Shown here in pieces: positions 62,961 through 64,000 of a stretch of DNA of 64,000 bases. The notes under the pieces are model-generated. The model was not told the origin of the DNA. It worked only from the letters and a program-made list of their open reading frames with translations, and searched no databases. Location of the stretch: assembly GCF_964188315.1 (NCBI RefSeq), contig NC_135665.1:25358001-25422000 (forward strand), given 5' to 3'. Made by a program: the position numbers and the translations under genes. Position 1 is the stretch's first letter, and each line of letters begins with the position of its first letter. The DNA is from Podarcis muralis (taxonomy: Eukaryota).

Positions 62961-64000
62961 ATCGTCATTGTCATCATCTGGAGGGCATGACATTGTGTAA
63001 AGAGAGAGTAAAAACTCACCCCAAAATGATTCTTTTCTCCCTATTCCTATGTACAAGACAGCCCTTTATGCCAAGGTTCAACATTTTGTGCTCAGTCTTT
63101 TGTTTTGTTCCCAAGTACACTGAAAAATCACTGCCATCCATATAGAAAATCCAAACATTAGCTTAACACTGCTCACTGTTTTGGTAAAAACTGAATGGAA
63201 AGTCTGTTTCAATGACAAAACAAACAATCATTTTGCCAACACAATCCCTTTGTTAGAGAAGGTCAGATATTCAGTTTAATACCAAGAGGAAAAAATGGCT
63301 ATCAGCACTCACATTCTCAAAAAGTGAGAACAATGTGTTTTCATTCAAAGGTGATTTCCACCTAAGGTGAAGCATTTTTAGAGTCCCACTCTGAGTCTAC
63401 TATACTGTGATAACATGAAAGTTTTAACATCTGCCAGAACGCAATTTGGAAAAGTATGAAGGTCAAAGGAGCTTGATGAAAGCACCTAAAAAGAGCTCAC
63501 AGACTCAAAACAATCCTAACATAAGTTGGTCATTGTATCCTTTTTCTATCTCAACGATGTGTGATGGCAGGGATAAAATAGCAAAGTTAGCTGTAATAGT
63601 TGGGCTTGTTGCAGTTGCAAAAGATTACTGCACATTGGGAGGCATGAGTAATCAGAGTAAGAGAAGCCCCCTAACGAAAAAAGGCCCTAAATTGCAAGCG
63701 TTTCGAATGTCCTTATGATTTTTACCACAATGTTGGCAAAAAATATATCTTTGAACACTTTTATTGCATCCTGATTAGGCTTGAGTTGGAGTGATGAGAA
63801 TTTTCTTTTAGAAAGCTACTACAGATTTTAAAGAACAAATTCTACACCCAAGAGCGATAAAGTATTGTGCAGATGGTGCAAAGGTTAATGGAAGCATTAC
63901 AAAAATTAATCAATACCATGAAAGACTAAGTTCCAAATCACAATCAAAGTCCAGCCTCAGTTCAGAACATGAAAAGATAGGATCAGGGTTACGTATGGAT

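Noticed and set aside
63430-64000. Possible LINE C-terminal remnant on the minus strand
   Set aside because: Only faint, frame-broken resemblance; not enough to call.

Overview
Vertebrate genomic DNA, very probably a lacertid lizard (inferred from Sauria/POM-type SINEs and squamate L2, CR1 and MITE families), with one 200-N assembly gap at 22479-22678. The only host gene I can support is the 3' end of the FER tyrosine kinase on the minus strand: three coding exons at 56110-55956 (catalytic and activation loop, absent from the ORF track), 48197-48075 and 43562-43417 (stop). All splice sites are GT-AG and phases are consistent. Beyond the stop lies a ~8 kb stretch without recognisable TEs, possibly a long 3'UTR. 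The rest is intergenic or intronic DNA full of TEs: Tigger-like and Tc2-like MITEs with TA TSDs, hAT MITEs with 8-bp TSDs, SINEs, L2/CR1 fragments and two solo-LTR-like relics. The most interesting signal is a set of Penelope-like element (PLE) and hammerhead ribozyme structures. (1) A young 2.44 kb PLE fragment (5091-7530) is built as a 1110-bp inverted repeat inside a (TA)n tract. Each arm encodes a GIY-YIG endonuclease ORF whose last codons and stop also spell a minimal hammerhead ribozyme. (2) An identical 82-bp tail-only copy sits in another (TA)n tract and starts 3-5 nt after the predicted ribozyme cleavage site. (3) A perfect 104-bp palindrome carrying half-hammerheads and a 12-bp TSD lies in a FER intron. 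(4) A decayed hammerhead lies in the last FER intron. Inverted SINE pairs lie within the last FER intron and around the catalytic exon. All identity figures are by eye; no searches were run.
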